NCBI GenBank assembly: GCA_035388665.1
Contig: DAOOQF010000002.1
Coordinates: 1-34,869, forward strand
DNA from: a bacterium
GTDB lineage: Bacteria > Patescibacteriota > Patescibacteriia > Patescibacteriales > UBA12465
Length of the DNA: 34,869 bases
Reading direction: 5' to 3'
Shown here: one piece after another, positions 25,909 to 34,327 of the stretch
Layout: every line of letters starts with the position of its first letter
Numbering within the stretch: the first letter of the stretch is position 1
The notes under the pieces: model-generated
The model's database searches: none
What the model was told of the DNA's origin: nothing
What the model saw: only the letters and a program-made list of their open reading frames with translations
Made by a program: the position numbers and the translations under genes

Positions 25909-27930
25909 TTAAATGTCTAGATTAGAAACATTTTTGGCGTGGGTTTGAATGAAATGTTTTCTTTTAGAAACATCATCTCCCATTAACATATCGAAGACAA
26001 TATCAGCTTTGGCAGCATCTTCGATGGTGACCTGTTTAACAATTCTAGATTTTGGATCCATGGTTGTTTCCCAAAGTTGTCCAGGATTCATTTCTCCCAA
26101 ACCTTTGTATCTCTGAATAAATAATTTATTAGTCTTTTTTGTTTTCTTTTCTTCCTCTTCTTCATTGTTTTCTTCTTCTGCGCTTTCATCTTCATTTCCA
26201 CTATTTTCTTCGATTGATTCTTTAATTTCTCCTCCAAACTCTTTTATAATATTTATTTTTTCTTCTTCGGTATAGGCGTATCTTATAGCCGAACCTTTTT
26301 TAATTTGATAAAGAGGGGGTTGAGCAATATAAATATGACCTCCAGTTATAAGGGGATTAAAATATCGGAAAAATAAAGTCAGAAGTAAGGTTCTAATATG
26401 AGCTCCATCGACGTCCGCATCAGTCATAATAATAATTCTATTGTATCTTATTTTGCTAATATCAATTTGATCTCCGATATTTGTTCCCATGGCAATAACT
26501 AGATTTTTTATTTCGTTATTAACCAACATCTTGTCGAGACGGGCTCTTTCAACATTTAATATTTTTCCTCTAAGCGGTAAAATAGCTTGAAAGCGACGAT
26601 CCCTTCCTTGTTTAGCGCTACCTCCAGCTGAGTCTCCCTCTACTATATATAGTTCGCATTCTTCGGCCTTGTTACTTGAGCAATCAGCTAGTTTTCCTGG
26701 TAGAGTCATTCCCTCTAAGGCTCCTTTTCTTAAGATACTAGCCCTGGCAGTTCTGGCGGCTAGTCTAGCTTGGGCTGATAAAACACATTTCCCAATAATA
26801 CTTTCAGCCTCCTTAGGATTTTCTTCTAAAAAGATTCCAAAAGCTTCTCCGAAAATTTGCTCAACATAAGTTTTTATTTCAGCATTTCCTAATTTTCCTT
26901 TAGTTTGTCCTTCAAATTGAGGGTTTGGTAATTTAACGCTAACAATAGCTGTTAATCCCTCTCGAACATCATCTCCAGTTAAATTTTCATCTTTTTCTTT
27001 TAGTAAATTTTTATTTCTAGCATAGGAGTTTAGGGTTCTAGTTAGAGCAGTTTTAAATCCAACTAGATGAGTTCCACCATCTGGGTTATAAATATTATTA
27101 GCAAAAGGTAAGGTTGTTTCATTATACTCGTCGTTATATTGTAGAGCCACTTCAATTTTACAATCATTTATTTCTTTCTCTACATAAAAAACGGTTTCAT
27201 GTTTGATGTTTTTTTGTCGGTGAAGTGATTTGATATATGATTTAATTCCACCTTCAAAATAGAAACGATATTTTTTAGGAGAATGTCCGCTTCTTTCATC
27301 ACAAACATTCATGGTTATTCCTTTGGTCAGATATGATTGTTGACGAAGACGATCTAAGATTTTTCCCCAACTAAATTCAGTCTCAGTAAATATAGTAGCA
27401 TCAGGTTTAAAGATAATAGTAGTTCCAGTTCTTTTAGTTTTTCCAGTAGCCTTTATATTTTTTAAAGGTTTTCCGATTTTGTATTCTTGTTCCCAGATTT
27501 GTCCATCGCGATGTATTTCAGCTCTTAGATATTCACTTAAAGCATTAACTACCGAAACACCTACTCCGTGAAGACCTCCAGACACTTTGTATCCACTCCC
27601 ACCAAATTTTCCCCCAGCGTGTAATTTTGTTAAAACTGTTTCTAGGGCTGATAATCCAGTAACTTTATGTTTTTCTACTGGAATACCACGACCATTATCG
27701 TCAACCTTTACCATTCCGTCTTTTAGTAGAGTAACGCTAACTTCGGTAGCATGTCCAGCCATAGCTTCATCAACACTATTATCAACTACTTCCCAAATAA
27801 GGTGGTGAAGACCAGCTGCTGAAGTCGAACCAATATACATTCCTGGTCTTTTTCTAACTGGGTCAAGTCCCTCTAGGACGGTAATGGCATCAGCTCCGTA
27901 ATCGTTATTTTTTTTGATTTTTTCAGGCAT
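25909..27930 (-). CDS. gyrB: DNA gyrase subunit B
   Basis: 673 aa. Motifs: YGADAITVLEGLDPVRKRPGMYIG, LHHLIWEVVDNSVDEA, GGLHGVGVSVVNALS, EGDSAGGSAKQGRDR, IMTDADVDGAHI, QRYKGLGEMNP. Confidence 0.97.
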   Translation of the reverse strand: MPEKIKKNNDYGADAITVLEGLDPVRKRPGMYIGSTSAAGLHHLIWEVVDNSVDEAMAGHATEVSVTLLKDGMVKVDDNGRGIPVEKHKVTGLSALETVLTKLHAGGKFGGSGYKVSGGLHGVGVSVVNALSEYLRAEIHRDGQIWEQEYKIGKPLKNIKATGKTKRTGTTIIFKPDATIFTETEFSWGKILDRLRQQSYLTKGITMNVCDERSGHSPKKYRFYFEGGIKSYIKSLHRQKNIKHETVFYVEKEINDCKIEVALQYNDEYNETTLPFANNIYNPDGGTHLVGFKTALTRTLNSYARNKNLLKEKDENLTGDDVREGLTAIVSVKLPNPQFEGQTKGKLGNAEIKTYVEQIFGEAFGIFLEENPKEAESIIGKCVLSAQARLAARTARASILRKGALEGMTLPGKLADCSSNKAEECELYIVEGDSAGGSAKQGRDRRFQAILPLRGKILNVERARLDKMLVNNEIKNLVIAMGTNIGDQIDISKIRYNRIIIMTDADVDGAHIRTLLLTLFFRYFNPLITGGHIYIAQPPLYQIKKGSAIRYAYTEEEKINIIKEFGGEIKESIEENSGNEDESAEEENNEEEEEKKTKKTNKLFIQRYKGLGEMNPGQLWETTMDPKSRIVKQVTIEDAAKADIVFDMLMGDDVSKRKHFIQTHAKNVSNLDI

Positions 27931-28118
27931 ATTTCTTTATTTTAAATAATTTATAATAAATAAAAAATGATAGTTTTTGTATTTCTATCTTTAATTATTA
28001 TAACAAAATAATAATTACAAGTCAAAGTGTTTTTTGGGTATTTTTTCTTGATTTAAGGGTTTACTCAATATCTTAATTGTAGTATAATTTAGGCATAATT
28101 AATTAAAATACTTTATTT

Positions 28119-29054
28119 ATGGCAAAAATATTAGTAACAGGAGGGGCTGGTTTTATTGGCTCTAATTTAGTTGACAAGTTAATCAGCTTAAATCATCAGG
28201 TTGTAGTAATTGATAATTTATTTAGTGGCAAAAGAGACTATTTAAATAGCTTGGCTATTTTTTATCAGGTTGATATTAATGATAAGGAAAAAGTATCAGA
28301 GATTTTTATTCAAGAAAAATTTGATTATGTTTATCATTTGGCCGCTCAGATCGATGTTCGCAAGTCAGTTGAAGATATGGCTTTTGACAATCAGGTTAAT
28401 ATCTTGGGAGCTTTAAATATTTTAGATAATTGTTATAAAAATAAAGTTAAGAAAATAATTTTTGCTTCTTCCGGGGGCGCGGCTTATGGCTTTCCCGAGG
28501 AAGTTCCAACTCCAGAAAATTATCCGACTAATCCTGTATCTCCTTATGGAATAAATAAGCTTTGTTTTGAAAAATATCTAAATTATTATTATAAGGTTTT
28601 TGGTCAGAAATACTCTGTTTGTCGTTTGGCTAATGTTTATGGTCCTAGGCAATATAAAGGAGGAGAAGCTGGAGTAATCGCTATTTTTATAAATAACGCC
28701 GTAGAAAAAAAACTTAGTTATGTTTATGGTGATGGACTTCAAACTAGAGATTTTGTTTATGTAGATGATGTTGTTGATGCTTTTGTGGCTAATTTGAATG
28801 AAGATATTGTGGGTGTTTTTAATATTGGAACTGGAGTGGAAAAAACTTTATTGGATATTATTTTAGCTATTGAGAAATCTATCGGAGATAAAATAAAAAT
28901 TGAATTTCAAGAAGCTAAACTTGGAGAGGAGAGACGTAGTTGTTTAAAAACAGACTTAGCAAGGGAGATTTTAAATTGGAAAGCTCAAGTTGATTTGGAG
29001 GAGGGAATAAAAAGAACTTTAAACTGGTCGGAAAGTCAGGTAAGCTTAAATTAA
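28119..29054 (+). CDS. NAD-dependent nucleotide-sugar epimerase/dehydratase (GalE-like SDR)
   Basis: 311 aa. Motifs: ILVTGGAGFIGSNL, ASSGGAAYG, catalytic YGINK. Substrate specificity cannot be read from the sequence alone. Confidence 0.8.
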   Translation: MAKILVTGGAGFIGSNLVDKLISLNHQVVVIDNLFSGKRDYLNSLAIFYQVDINDKEKVSEIFIQEKFDYVYHLAAQIDVRKSVEDMAFDNQVNILGALNILDNCYKNKVKKIIFASSGGAAYGFPEEVPTPENYPTNPVSPYGINKLCFEKYLNYYYKVFGQKYSVCRLANVYGPRQYKGGEAGVIAIFINNAVEKKLSYVYGDGLQTRDFVYVDDVVDAFVANLNEDIVGVFNIGTGVEKTLLDIILAIEKSIGDKIKIEFQEAKLGEERRSCLKTDLAREILNWKAQVDLEEGIKRTLNWSESQVSLN

Positions 29055-29069
29055 TAAATTTTAAAAAAT

Positions 29070-29831
29070 ATGAAAGATTTTTCAAAAAAAATAATAATTG
29101 GAAATTGGAAAATGAATTTAGATATTAAGTCTTCGGTCGTTTTAGCTAAAAATATTTCTCAGGGTGTTTCTAAAATAAAGACCAGTCATGAGGTGGCAAT
29201 TCTACCGGACTTTTTATCTTTGCTCGAGGTTTCTAGAGGTTTAAATAAAAAGATATTGTATGGATCTCAAGACGTGTCTCCTTTTTCTTCCGGAGCTTAT
29301 ACTGGAGAGGTTTCTTTAGAATCTTTATCAAAAATAGGTTGTAATCTTGTTTTAATAGGTCATAGCGAGAGGCGCCAATATTTTTTTGATGAGACTTTAA
29401 TCGCCGATAAAATGAAAAATGTTTTAGAAAATAGTAAAATAACTCCAATCTTGTGTGTTGGTGAAACTTGGGGCCAAAGAAAAGCTGGACAAACTTTGAA
29501 AGTAATTAATAAGCAAATTAAATTAGCTTTCTCTAAAATAAAAACTTTAAAGGATAAAAAAATAATTATTGCTTACGAACCAATTTGGGCTATTGGCTCA
29601 GGAAAAATGGTTTTAGTTGATGAGGCTGTTTTGGTTCATAAAGAGATAAAGAAAAATATTTATAGGAATTTTAAGAATAATTTACCATCGGAGCTAAGAG
29701 TCATTTATGGGGGTAGCGTTAATTTAACAAATTTTTTAGATTTTAAAAATCAACCTGATATTTCTGGTTTCTTGATTGGTGGATCCAGCTTGAAGCCCCT
29801 TGATTTTATTAAGATAATAAATAAATTTTAA
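29070..29831 (+). CDS. tpiA: Triosephosphate isomerase
   Basis: 253 aa. Motifs: IIGNWKMN, LIGHSERR, CVGET, AYEPIWAIGSG, YGGSV. Confidence 0.93.
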   Translation: MKDFSKKIIIGNWKMNLDIKSSVVLAKNISQGVSKIKTSHEVAILPDFLSLLEVSRGLNKKILYGSQDVSPFSSGAYTGEVSLESLSKIGCNLVLIGHSERRQYFFDETLIADKMKNVLENSKITPILCVGETWGQRKAGQTLKVINKQIKLAFSKIKTLKDKKIIIAYEPIWAIGSGKMVLVDEAVLVHKEIKKNIYRNFKNNLPSELRVIYGGSVNLTNFLDFKNQPDISGFLIGGSSLKPLDFIKIINKF

Positions 29832-29835
29832 TTTT

Positions 29836-30630
29836 ATGTATAATATTTGGCCATTACTTACAATATCAATAGCTTTCTTGATAATTATTTTTATAGTTTT
29901 AAGGCATTTTCCAGCCCTGGCTATTTTGGATGTAGAAAATATTCCGGAAGAAAAAGAACAACAAACCAAAGAAAAAATTATTAGACAAAGAATGAAAAGA
30001 AAAATATCTTTCTTAGAAAAATTTTTTAATAATATTTCTATTTTTTTTAATAATATTTTTGGTAGATTATCTGAAAAGTTAAAGGTGTTACAAGAAGAAA
30101 AGAAACAAAAAAAAGAAGAAATAATTTTATCAGAGGTTAGCTTGGAGGACAAAATTAAAATATTATTTTCGCAGGCCGAAGATTTTATAAAAAAAGAGGA
30201 GTGGGATGAGGCTGAGAAAAAAATAATTGAAATTATTAGTGTTGATGACAAAAATTTTCTAGCCTTTTGGAGATTGGGGGAAGTTTATCACTCAGAAGAT
30301 AAATACCAAGAAGCCAAGCAAACATTATTATATGCTTTAAAACTAGGAGAAGTATTTGTTGATTCTGTTTCTAGTAATGACATTGCCAATTTAAATTATT
30401 CTTTAGCCCTAATTAATCAAGAATTAGCTGATATTGAGAGCGCTGTTTTTCATCTAGAGAAGTCTTTAGAATTGGATCCTAATAATCCTCGTTATCTTGA
30501 TTTAATGTTAAATTTATGTATAATTAAAAAAGATAAATTTAGAGCTGAAGATTTTTTAAATAGAATTAGAGAGGTAAACCCGGAAAATAACAATATTTCT
30601 AATTGGCAGGAACAGATAAATAATCTTTAG
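29836..30630 (+). CDS. Membrane-anchored TPR-repeat protein
   Basis: 264 aa. N-terminal TM helix (LLTISIAFLIIIFIVL), a charged coiled-coil stretch, then TPR-like repeats: AFWRLGEVYHSEDKYQEAKQTLLYALKL and FHLEKSLELDPNNPRY. Confidence 0.6.
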   Translation: MYNIWPLLTISIAFLIIIFIVLRHFPALAILDVENIPEEKEQQTKEKIIRQRMKRKISFLEKFFNNISIFFNNIFGRLSEKLKVLQEEKKQKKEEIILSEVSLEDKIKILFSQAEDFIKKEEWDEAEKKIIEIISVDDKNFLAFWRLGEVYHSEDKYQEAKQTLLYALKLGEVFVDSVSSNDIANLNYSLALINQELADIESAVFHLEKSLELDPNNPRYLDLMLNLCIIKKDKFRAEDFLNRIREVNPENNNISNWQEQINNL

Positions 30631-30641
30631 TTTTTGTTTTG

Positions 30642-30714
30642 GCCGTCTTAGCTCAGTTGGTAGAGCATTTCCATGGTAAGGAAAAGGTCTCGGGTTCAAG
30701 TCCCGAAGACGGCT
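30642..30714 (+). tRNA. tRNA-Thr (anticodon GGT), no encoded CCA
   Basis: GCCGTCT/AGACGGC acceptor stem, GCTC..GAGC D arm, TTTCC-ATGGTAA-GGAAA anticodon arm, TCGGG-TTCAAGT-CCCGA T arm. Confidence 0.9.
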
Positions 30715-30726
30715 CTGTTTGCAATT

Positions 30727-30752
30727 AAACCACTAATTAGGTGGTTTTTTTT
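30727..30752 (+). terminator. Intrinsic terminator after tRNA-Thr
   Basis: aaACCAC-taattag-GTGGTttttttt. Short stem followed by a T8 run. Confidence 0.5.
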
Positions 30753-30759
30753 GCATCTA

Positions 30760-30788
30760 TTGACTTTTTTAGCTAATTATGATATAAT
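30760..30788 (+). promoter_or_regulatory. Near-consensus sigma70 promoter of the SPFH cassette
   Basis: TTGACT (30760-30765), exactly 17 nt, TATAAT (30783-30788). This predicts a leader of about 75 nt that contains a GC-rich hairpin (30798-30818, GCTAGTCC-gtgtg-GGACCAGC, one mismatch) and an AGGAG RBS at 30857-30861. Confidence 0.7.
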
Positions 30789-30869
30789 TCTATTGTGGCT
30801 AGTCCGTGTGGGACCAGCTTAGAACCTTAAAAATTAAATAGTAATAATTAAAATATAGGAGAAAAAAAA

Positions 30870-31877
30870 ATGGAAAAATTTGTCGGAAGTCGTCAGTGGA
30901 CCACCTTTTTTGTTTCATTGGCAGGAATATATTTGGTCTTAATTTTAGCTTTGGCTTTTAGCGGAGCGACTGCTTTTTGGGCGATGCTTGCCCCAACAAT
31001 TATTGTTCTGGTTGTATCAACCTGGGCTTTGTTTAAGGGGTATCGCTTTTTTGCGAATAATCCCAAGGCTCTTGATATCAGGGGGCAAAGATACGTTTCA
31101 GTGCCTCACAATCATGTGGCTATCGTTTTAGAAAATGGTAGATATAATGGATTTTTGGAATCGGGATTTTATTTTGTGTTTCCTTTTTTCGGACTTCTGA
31201 CCTTTAGTGAAACAATCTTCCTCGGAACAATCGAGGAGGAAGTTTTTGAGGATGGTAATAAGATAGAGTTTAGGGGAAGTGTTTCAGAAGGTATCTCAGC
31301 TCCAGTCAAAGCTGTCTATAATTATAAAGTTATAGACCCCAAAAAATATGCCTTTGAAGATGGGGCTGACGACATAGTAAGGGGTATTATTTCTTCTTTA
31401 CTTAGAACTACTTTAGGAGACCTTACTGTTCAAGATGCTCGAGAAAAAGGTATTAATATGGGTCATGTCAGAAGCGAAGATCCAGATTTATTTGATTCAA
31501 TTTGGAGTATTTATGGTCTAGAGATTTTAGCTATCAATGTTTCTGATATTGAATTATCAGAAGAAGAACAAGCTTTAAATCGACAACTTTATCAGGCCAA
31601 GATTGCCAAAGATGTTGCTACTTCTAAGGCTGAAGAAATGGAGATATTGGCCAGGGCTGAAGCGAAAGTTTTAGAACTGAGAGGAGAGGGGCTATATAAA
31701 CAGGTTAAATCTTTAGCTGATGCTAAGTGTACTCCGGATACTATTTTGGCTTATTTAGCCGAAACGAAAAAGTGGGAGTCTATGAAGGATACTGATAAGA
31801 CCTTTATTATTGATAATGGAAAATCAGTAACTGGAATGCTGGCCGCTTTGAAAGGTGTTGAAGGCAGTGGTGTATAA
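30870..31877 (+). CDS. SPFH/Band-7 (stomatin/prohibitin/HflC-like) membrane protein
   Basis: 335 aa. Two N-terminal TM helices. SPFH core begins VPHNHVAIVLENGRYNGFLESGFYFVFPFFG. C-terminal Ala/Glu-rich coiled coil is AKIAKDVATSKAEEMEILARAEAKVLELRGEG. Confidence 0.8.
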   Translation: MEKFVGSRQWTTFFVSLAGIYLVLILALAFSGATAFWAMLAPTIIVLVVSTWALFKGYRFFANNPKALDIRGQRYVSVPHNHVAIVLENGRYNGFLESGFYFVFPFFGLLTFSETIFLGTIEEEVFEDGNKIEFRGSVSEGISAPVKAVYNYKVIDPKKYAFEDGADDIVRGIISSLLRTTLGDLTVQDAREKGINMGHVRSEDPDLFDSIWSIYGLEILAINVSDIELSEEEQALNRQLYQAKIAKDVATSKAEEMEILARAEAKVLELRGEGLYKQVKSLADAKCTPDTILAYLAETKKWESMKDTDKTFIIDNGKSVTGMLAALKGVEGSGV

Positions 31878-31903
31878 TTAGTATTAATTTAAAAAAAGAA
31901 ATA

Positions 31904-32569
31904 ATGAGCGCAAAGACTTCAGGAAAAACGTCAGGAATGGCTCAATCGCCGGCACCTGATTCGGAGAATTCTTCTTCGTTGAGAAAAAAAATTTCGGAAT
32001 CGGCGACTTTAAAAACGATTCCGGGTTTTGTAGCCGCCTTTGCTATCGGCGGTGTAATAATTGTTGTTTTTTTCCTATTATTTTCGTTTTTTGACTTTTC
32101 TAGATATTTCGAGCTAGACTTTTGGATCAAGGCTATTATTAGTTTAATAATAGCAGCTCTGGTTTTAAAAGTTGCCAATGTGGTTAATCCGCAGGAGACC
32201 AATGTTTCCAAGGCTGTTCCTTATGCCTTATTAACTCTGTTTTTTTGTATTTTAATCTGGCATTATGGTCTACGCGATAGGCCCGTCTCGGAGAAAGAAG
32301 ACAAAATCGAAAATGTTTCCTCTGATCATTATGAGTTTCTCTTGGATAAAGGTGAAACTAGCCCTTGGGTAAAATTTCCAGTGGGCTATAACATGCAGAC
32401 GTCAGGAGACGTTGGGAATTATAAAATTATCTATGATAACGGCACCGTTTGTGAAGTTATCGTCGGTAAAGAAAATAATTTCCCGGACGTTAAGGGGAAA
32501 ATAAAAGAGGTTTGTTTCCAGTCTGATGAAGACGGACAGACCATCAAGGTTAATTTTGTTAAGATGTGA
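31904..32569 (+). CDS. Membrane protein with NfeD-like architecture: disordered N-terminus, 3 TM helices, C-terminal beta-rich domain of about 90 aa. Function unknown.
   Basis: 221 aa. The assignment rests on architecture and on its position immediately downstream of an SPFH gene, as in qmcA-ybbJ type pairs. I do not recognise a diagnostic NfeD motif. Confidence 0.35.
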   Translation: MSAKTSGKTSGMAQSPAPDSENSSSLRKKISESATLKTIPGFVAAFAIGGVIIVVFFLLFSFFDFSRYFELDFWIKAIISLIIAALVLKVANVVNPQETNVSKAVPYALLTLFFCILIWHYGLRDRPVSEKEDKIENVSSDHYEFLLDKGETSPWVKFPVGYNMQTSGDVGNYKIIYDNGTVCEVIVGKENNFPDVKGKIKEVCFQSDEDGQTIKVNFVKM

Positions 32570-32592
32570 TCTTATCTAAATATAATCTCAGG

Positions 32593-32616
32593 GGGAGCCA
32601 AAGAGCTCCCTTTTTT
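32593..32616 (+). terminator. Intrinsic terminator of the SPFH cassette
   Basis: GGGAGC-caaaga-GCTCCC followed by TTTTTT, 24 nt after the stop codon at 32567-32569. Confidence 0.75.
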
Positions 32617-32618
32617 AT

Positions 32619-32647
32619 TTGCTCTTTTTTGAAAATAATGATATTAT
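32619..32647 (+). promoter_or_regulatory. Possible promoter of the small pilin-hairpin gene
   Basis: TTGCTC, 17 nt, TATTAT. This is a weaker match than the other promoters. It is consistent with the ATG at 32680 being the real start. Confidence 0.35.
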
Positions 32648-32679
32648 TTAGAAAGATAATTTTTATAAATTTTAAAAAT

Positions 32680-33114
32680 ATGAATAATAATTTTAAAAAT
32701 AAAGTTGGTTTAGTTTTGTTAATTTTTTTTACTGTGGTGTCCTTTTCTTTTTTATCAGTCAATTTAGCCAAAGCTCAAGGAGCAACTTCTAGCACTCCTA
32801 ATTCCGGAGTAGATAATACTTCTAATACTCCTAATTCCGGGGGGGGCTCTTCAGTAGTTTCTCTAAACAATCCTTTGGGTACGGCCAGTATTCCAGAAAT
32901 TATAGGAAGAGTTATTAGTGCTGCCTTGGGAATAGTGGGATCATTAGCTTTGATAATGTTTATTTATGGAGGTATAACCTGGATGACTGCTGCTGGAAAT
33001 GAACAAAATGTTACTAAAGGAAAAAATATTATAATTTGGGCAACCTTAGGGCTTGTTGTTATATTCTCATCTTATGCTATTGTAAGATTTGTTTTACAGG
33101 CTATTGGGGCTTAA
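32680..33114 (+). CDS. Small secreted TrbC/VirB2-like pilin-hairpin protein (paralogue of the N-terminus of 678-3263)
   Basis: 144 aa from the ATG at 32680. Signal peptide MNNNFKNKVGLVLLIFFTVVSFSFLSVNLAKA|QG. Ser/Thr/Asn/Gly-rich linker with TPNSG repeated. Hairpin IIGRVISAALGIVGSLALIMFIYGGITWMTAAGNEQNVTKGKNIIIWATLGLVVIFSSYAIV. The ORF-track start 32566 would read through the upstream terminator, so I reject it. Confidence 0.75.
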   Translation: MNNNFKNKVGLVLLIFFTVVSFSFLSVNLAKAQGATSSTPNSGVDNTSNTPNSGGGSSVVSLNNPLGTASIPEIIGRVISAALGIVGSLALIMFIYGGITWMTAAGNEQNVTKGKNIIIWATLGLVVIFSSYAIVRFVLQAIGA

Positions 33115-33139
33115 TCATTTTTTAATTTGATATTGTTTA

Positions 33140-33167
33140 TTGACATTATTTTTTTTTCTTGTAAAAT
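33140..33167 (+). promoter_or_regulatory. Sigma70-type promoter for tRNA-Tyr
   Basis: TTGACA (33140-33145), 16 nt, TAAAAT (33162-33167), about 25 nt upstream of the tRNA 5' end. Confidence 0.6.
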
Positions 33168-33191
33168 AGATAAAGTTATCATTAGATAATT

Positions 33192-33274
33192 GGGTCGATA
33201 CCAAAGCGGTCAACTGGGGCAGACTGTAAATCTGCTGGCATCAGCCTTCGCAAGTTCGAATCTTGCTCGGCCCA
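33192..33274 (+). tRNA. tRNA-Tyr (anticodon GTA), long variable arm, no encoded CCA
   Basis: Acceptor GGGTCGA/TCGGCCC, anticodon arm GCAGA-CTGTAAA-TCTGC, long variable arm TGGCATCAGCCTTC, T arm GCAAG-TTCGAAT-CTTGC. Confidence 0.9.
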
Positions 33275-33389
33275 CATTTTTATGCTTATAAATCCAGATA
33301 AAATCGGACGAAGTTTTTTAAAGATATTTTTAGTCCTATTTTTAATACTAGGGTTAGTTATTTTTTTGTTATATATCTTATAATATCTT

Positions 33390-34256
33390 ATGCCAGAGTT
33401 ACCAGAAGTAGAAACTATTAGAAACGGTTTACGCCGTTTTGTTTTAAATAGGGAAATTAGAGGATTAAATATTTTTGATAAAAAATTAATTCCTTTTTTG
33501 ATCGGCTACAAAAAATTAGAGAATGATAAAATTTTAGAGATAGATAGAGTTGGAAAACTTCTAATTTTTAGGTTCAAAAAAAGTCCTTTATTTTTATTAA
33601 TACATTTGAAAATGACCGGTCAATTAGTTTATTTACCCAAAAATTCTAAGAAATTAATGGTTGGGGGTCATTCTGATTCTGGTAGAGAATTGATAGAAAA
33701 AAAAGATTTCAAACATGTCCGTTTTCAAATTAATTTTTTAAACGGTGATGTCTTGTTTTTAAATGATATTAGAAGATTTGCTTATGTTAAATTGGTAAAC
33801 TTAAAAGAGCTAAGTCAGATTAAGAATAAATTTGGTCTTGAGCCTTTAGAGAAAATAAAATATTCTGATTTTTTAAGATTATTAGAAAGTCGAGCTAATA
33901 AAAATATTAAGGCTTTTTTATTGGATCAATCTTTGGTTTCCGGTATTGGAAATATTTATGCTGATGAAATTTTATTCGCCTCTGGTGTTCTGCCTCAAAG
34001 GAAAGTTTTTAGTCTTAAGGAAATAGAAAAGAAATTAATTTTTTTTAATATTTCTAGAATTTTAAAATTAGCAGTTAAAAAAAGAGGAACTACTTTTAGT
34101 AACTATATTGATGTTGAGGGGCAGACTGGTGGATTTGTCAGACTGTTAAAAGTTTATGGCCTTGATGGTCAAAAATGTAAAAAATGTCATAATTTAATAT
34201 TAAAAGACAAAGTTGCTGGAAGAGGGACTCATTATTGCTTAAAATGTCAAAAATAA
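33390..34256 (+). CDS. mutM: Formamidopyrimidine-DNA glycosylase (Fpg/MutM)
   Basis: 288 aa. Motifs: MPELPEVETIR, HLKMTGQL, GIGNIYADEILF, C-terminal zinc finger CKKCHNLILKDKVAGRGTHYCLKCQ. Confidence 0.93.
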   Translation: MPELPEVETIRNGLRRFVLNREIRGLNIFDKKLIPFLIGYKKLENDKILEIDRVGKLLIFRFKKSPLFLLIHLKMTGQLVYLPKNSKKLMVGGHSDSGRELIEKKDFKHVRFQINFLNGDVLFLNDIRRFAYVKLVNLKELSQIKNKFGLEPLEKIKYSDFLRLLESRANKNIKAFLLDQSLVSGIGNIYADEILFASGVLPQRKVFSLKEIEKKLIFFNISRILKLAVKKRGTTFSNYIDVEGQTGGFVRLLKVYGLDGQKCKKCHNLILKDKVAGRGTHYCLKCQK

Positions 34257-34262
34257 TTAGAT

Positions 34263-34290
34263 TTGACTTTTAAGGTTTATTTGTTATAAT
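34263..34290 (+). promoter_or_regulatory. Sigma70-type promoter with extended -10 for rpmG
   Basis: TTGACT (34263-34268), 16 nt, TGtTATAAT (34282-34290), about 38 nt upstream of the ATG at 34328. Confidence 0.6.
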
Positions 34291-34327
34291 ACCTTATATT
34301 GTTAATAATATTAATAAAGTAAAAAAT

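Noticed and set aside
30870-32569. Raw GC content as evidence that the SPFH cassette is an island
   Set aside because: Some 60-nt lines here are 43-48% GC by my count, against about 27% in the membrane-protein gene at 20221. However, lines in recA (about 42%) and in the beta-propeller gene (about 48%) are just as high. GC alone is therefore not discriminating, and I relied on NCG-codon counts, the RBS and the promoter instead.
32566-32679. N-terminal 38-codon extension of the pilin-hairpin ORF (ORF-track start 32566)
   Set aside because: It would overlap the stop of the upstream gene and read through its GC-stem/T-run terminator (32593-32616). The ATG at 32680 gives a canonical signal peptide.
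33283-33324. 13-codon ORF (MLINPDKIGRSFL) between tRNA-Tyr and mutM
   Set aside because: It is too short, has no RBS and has no supporting feature. It is indistinguishable from chance.
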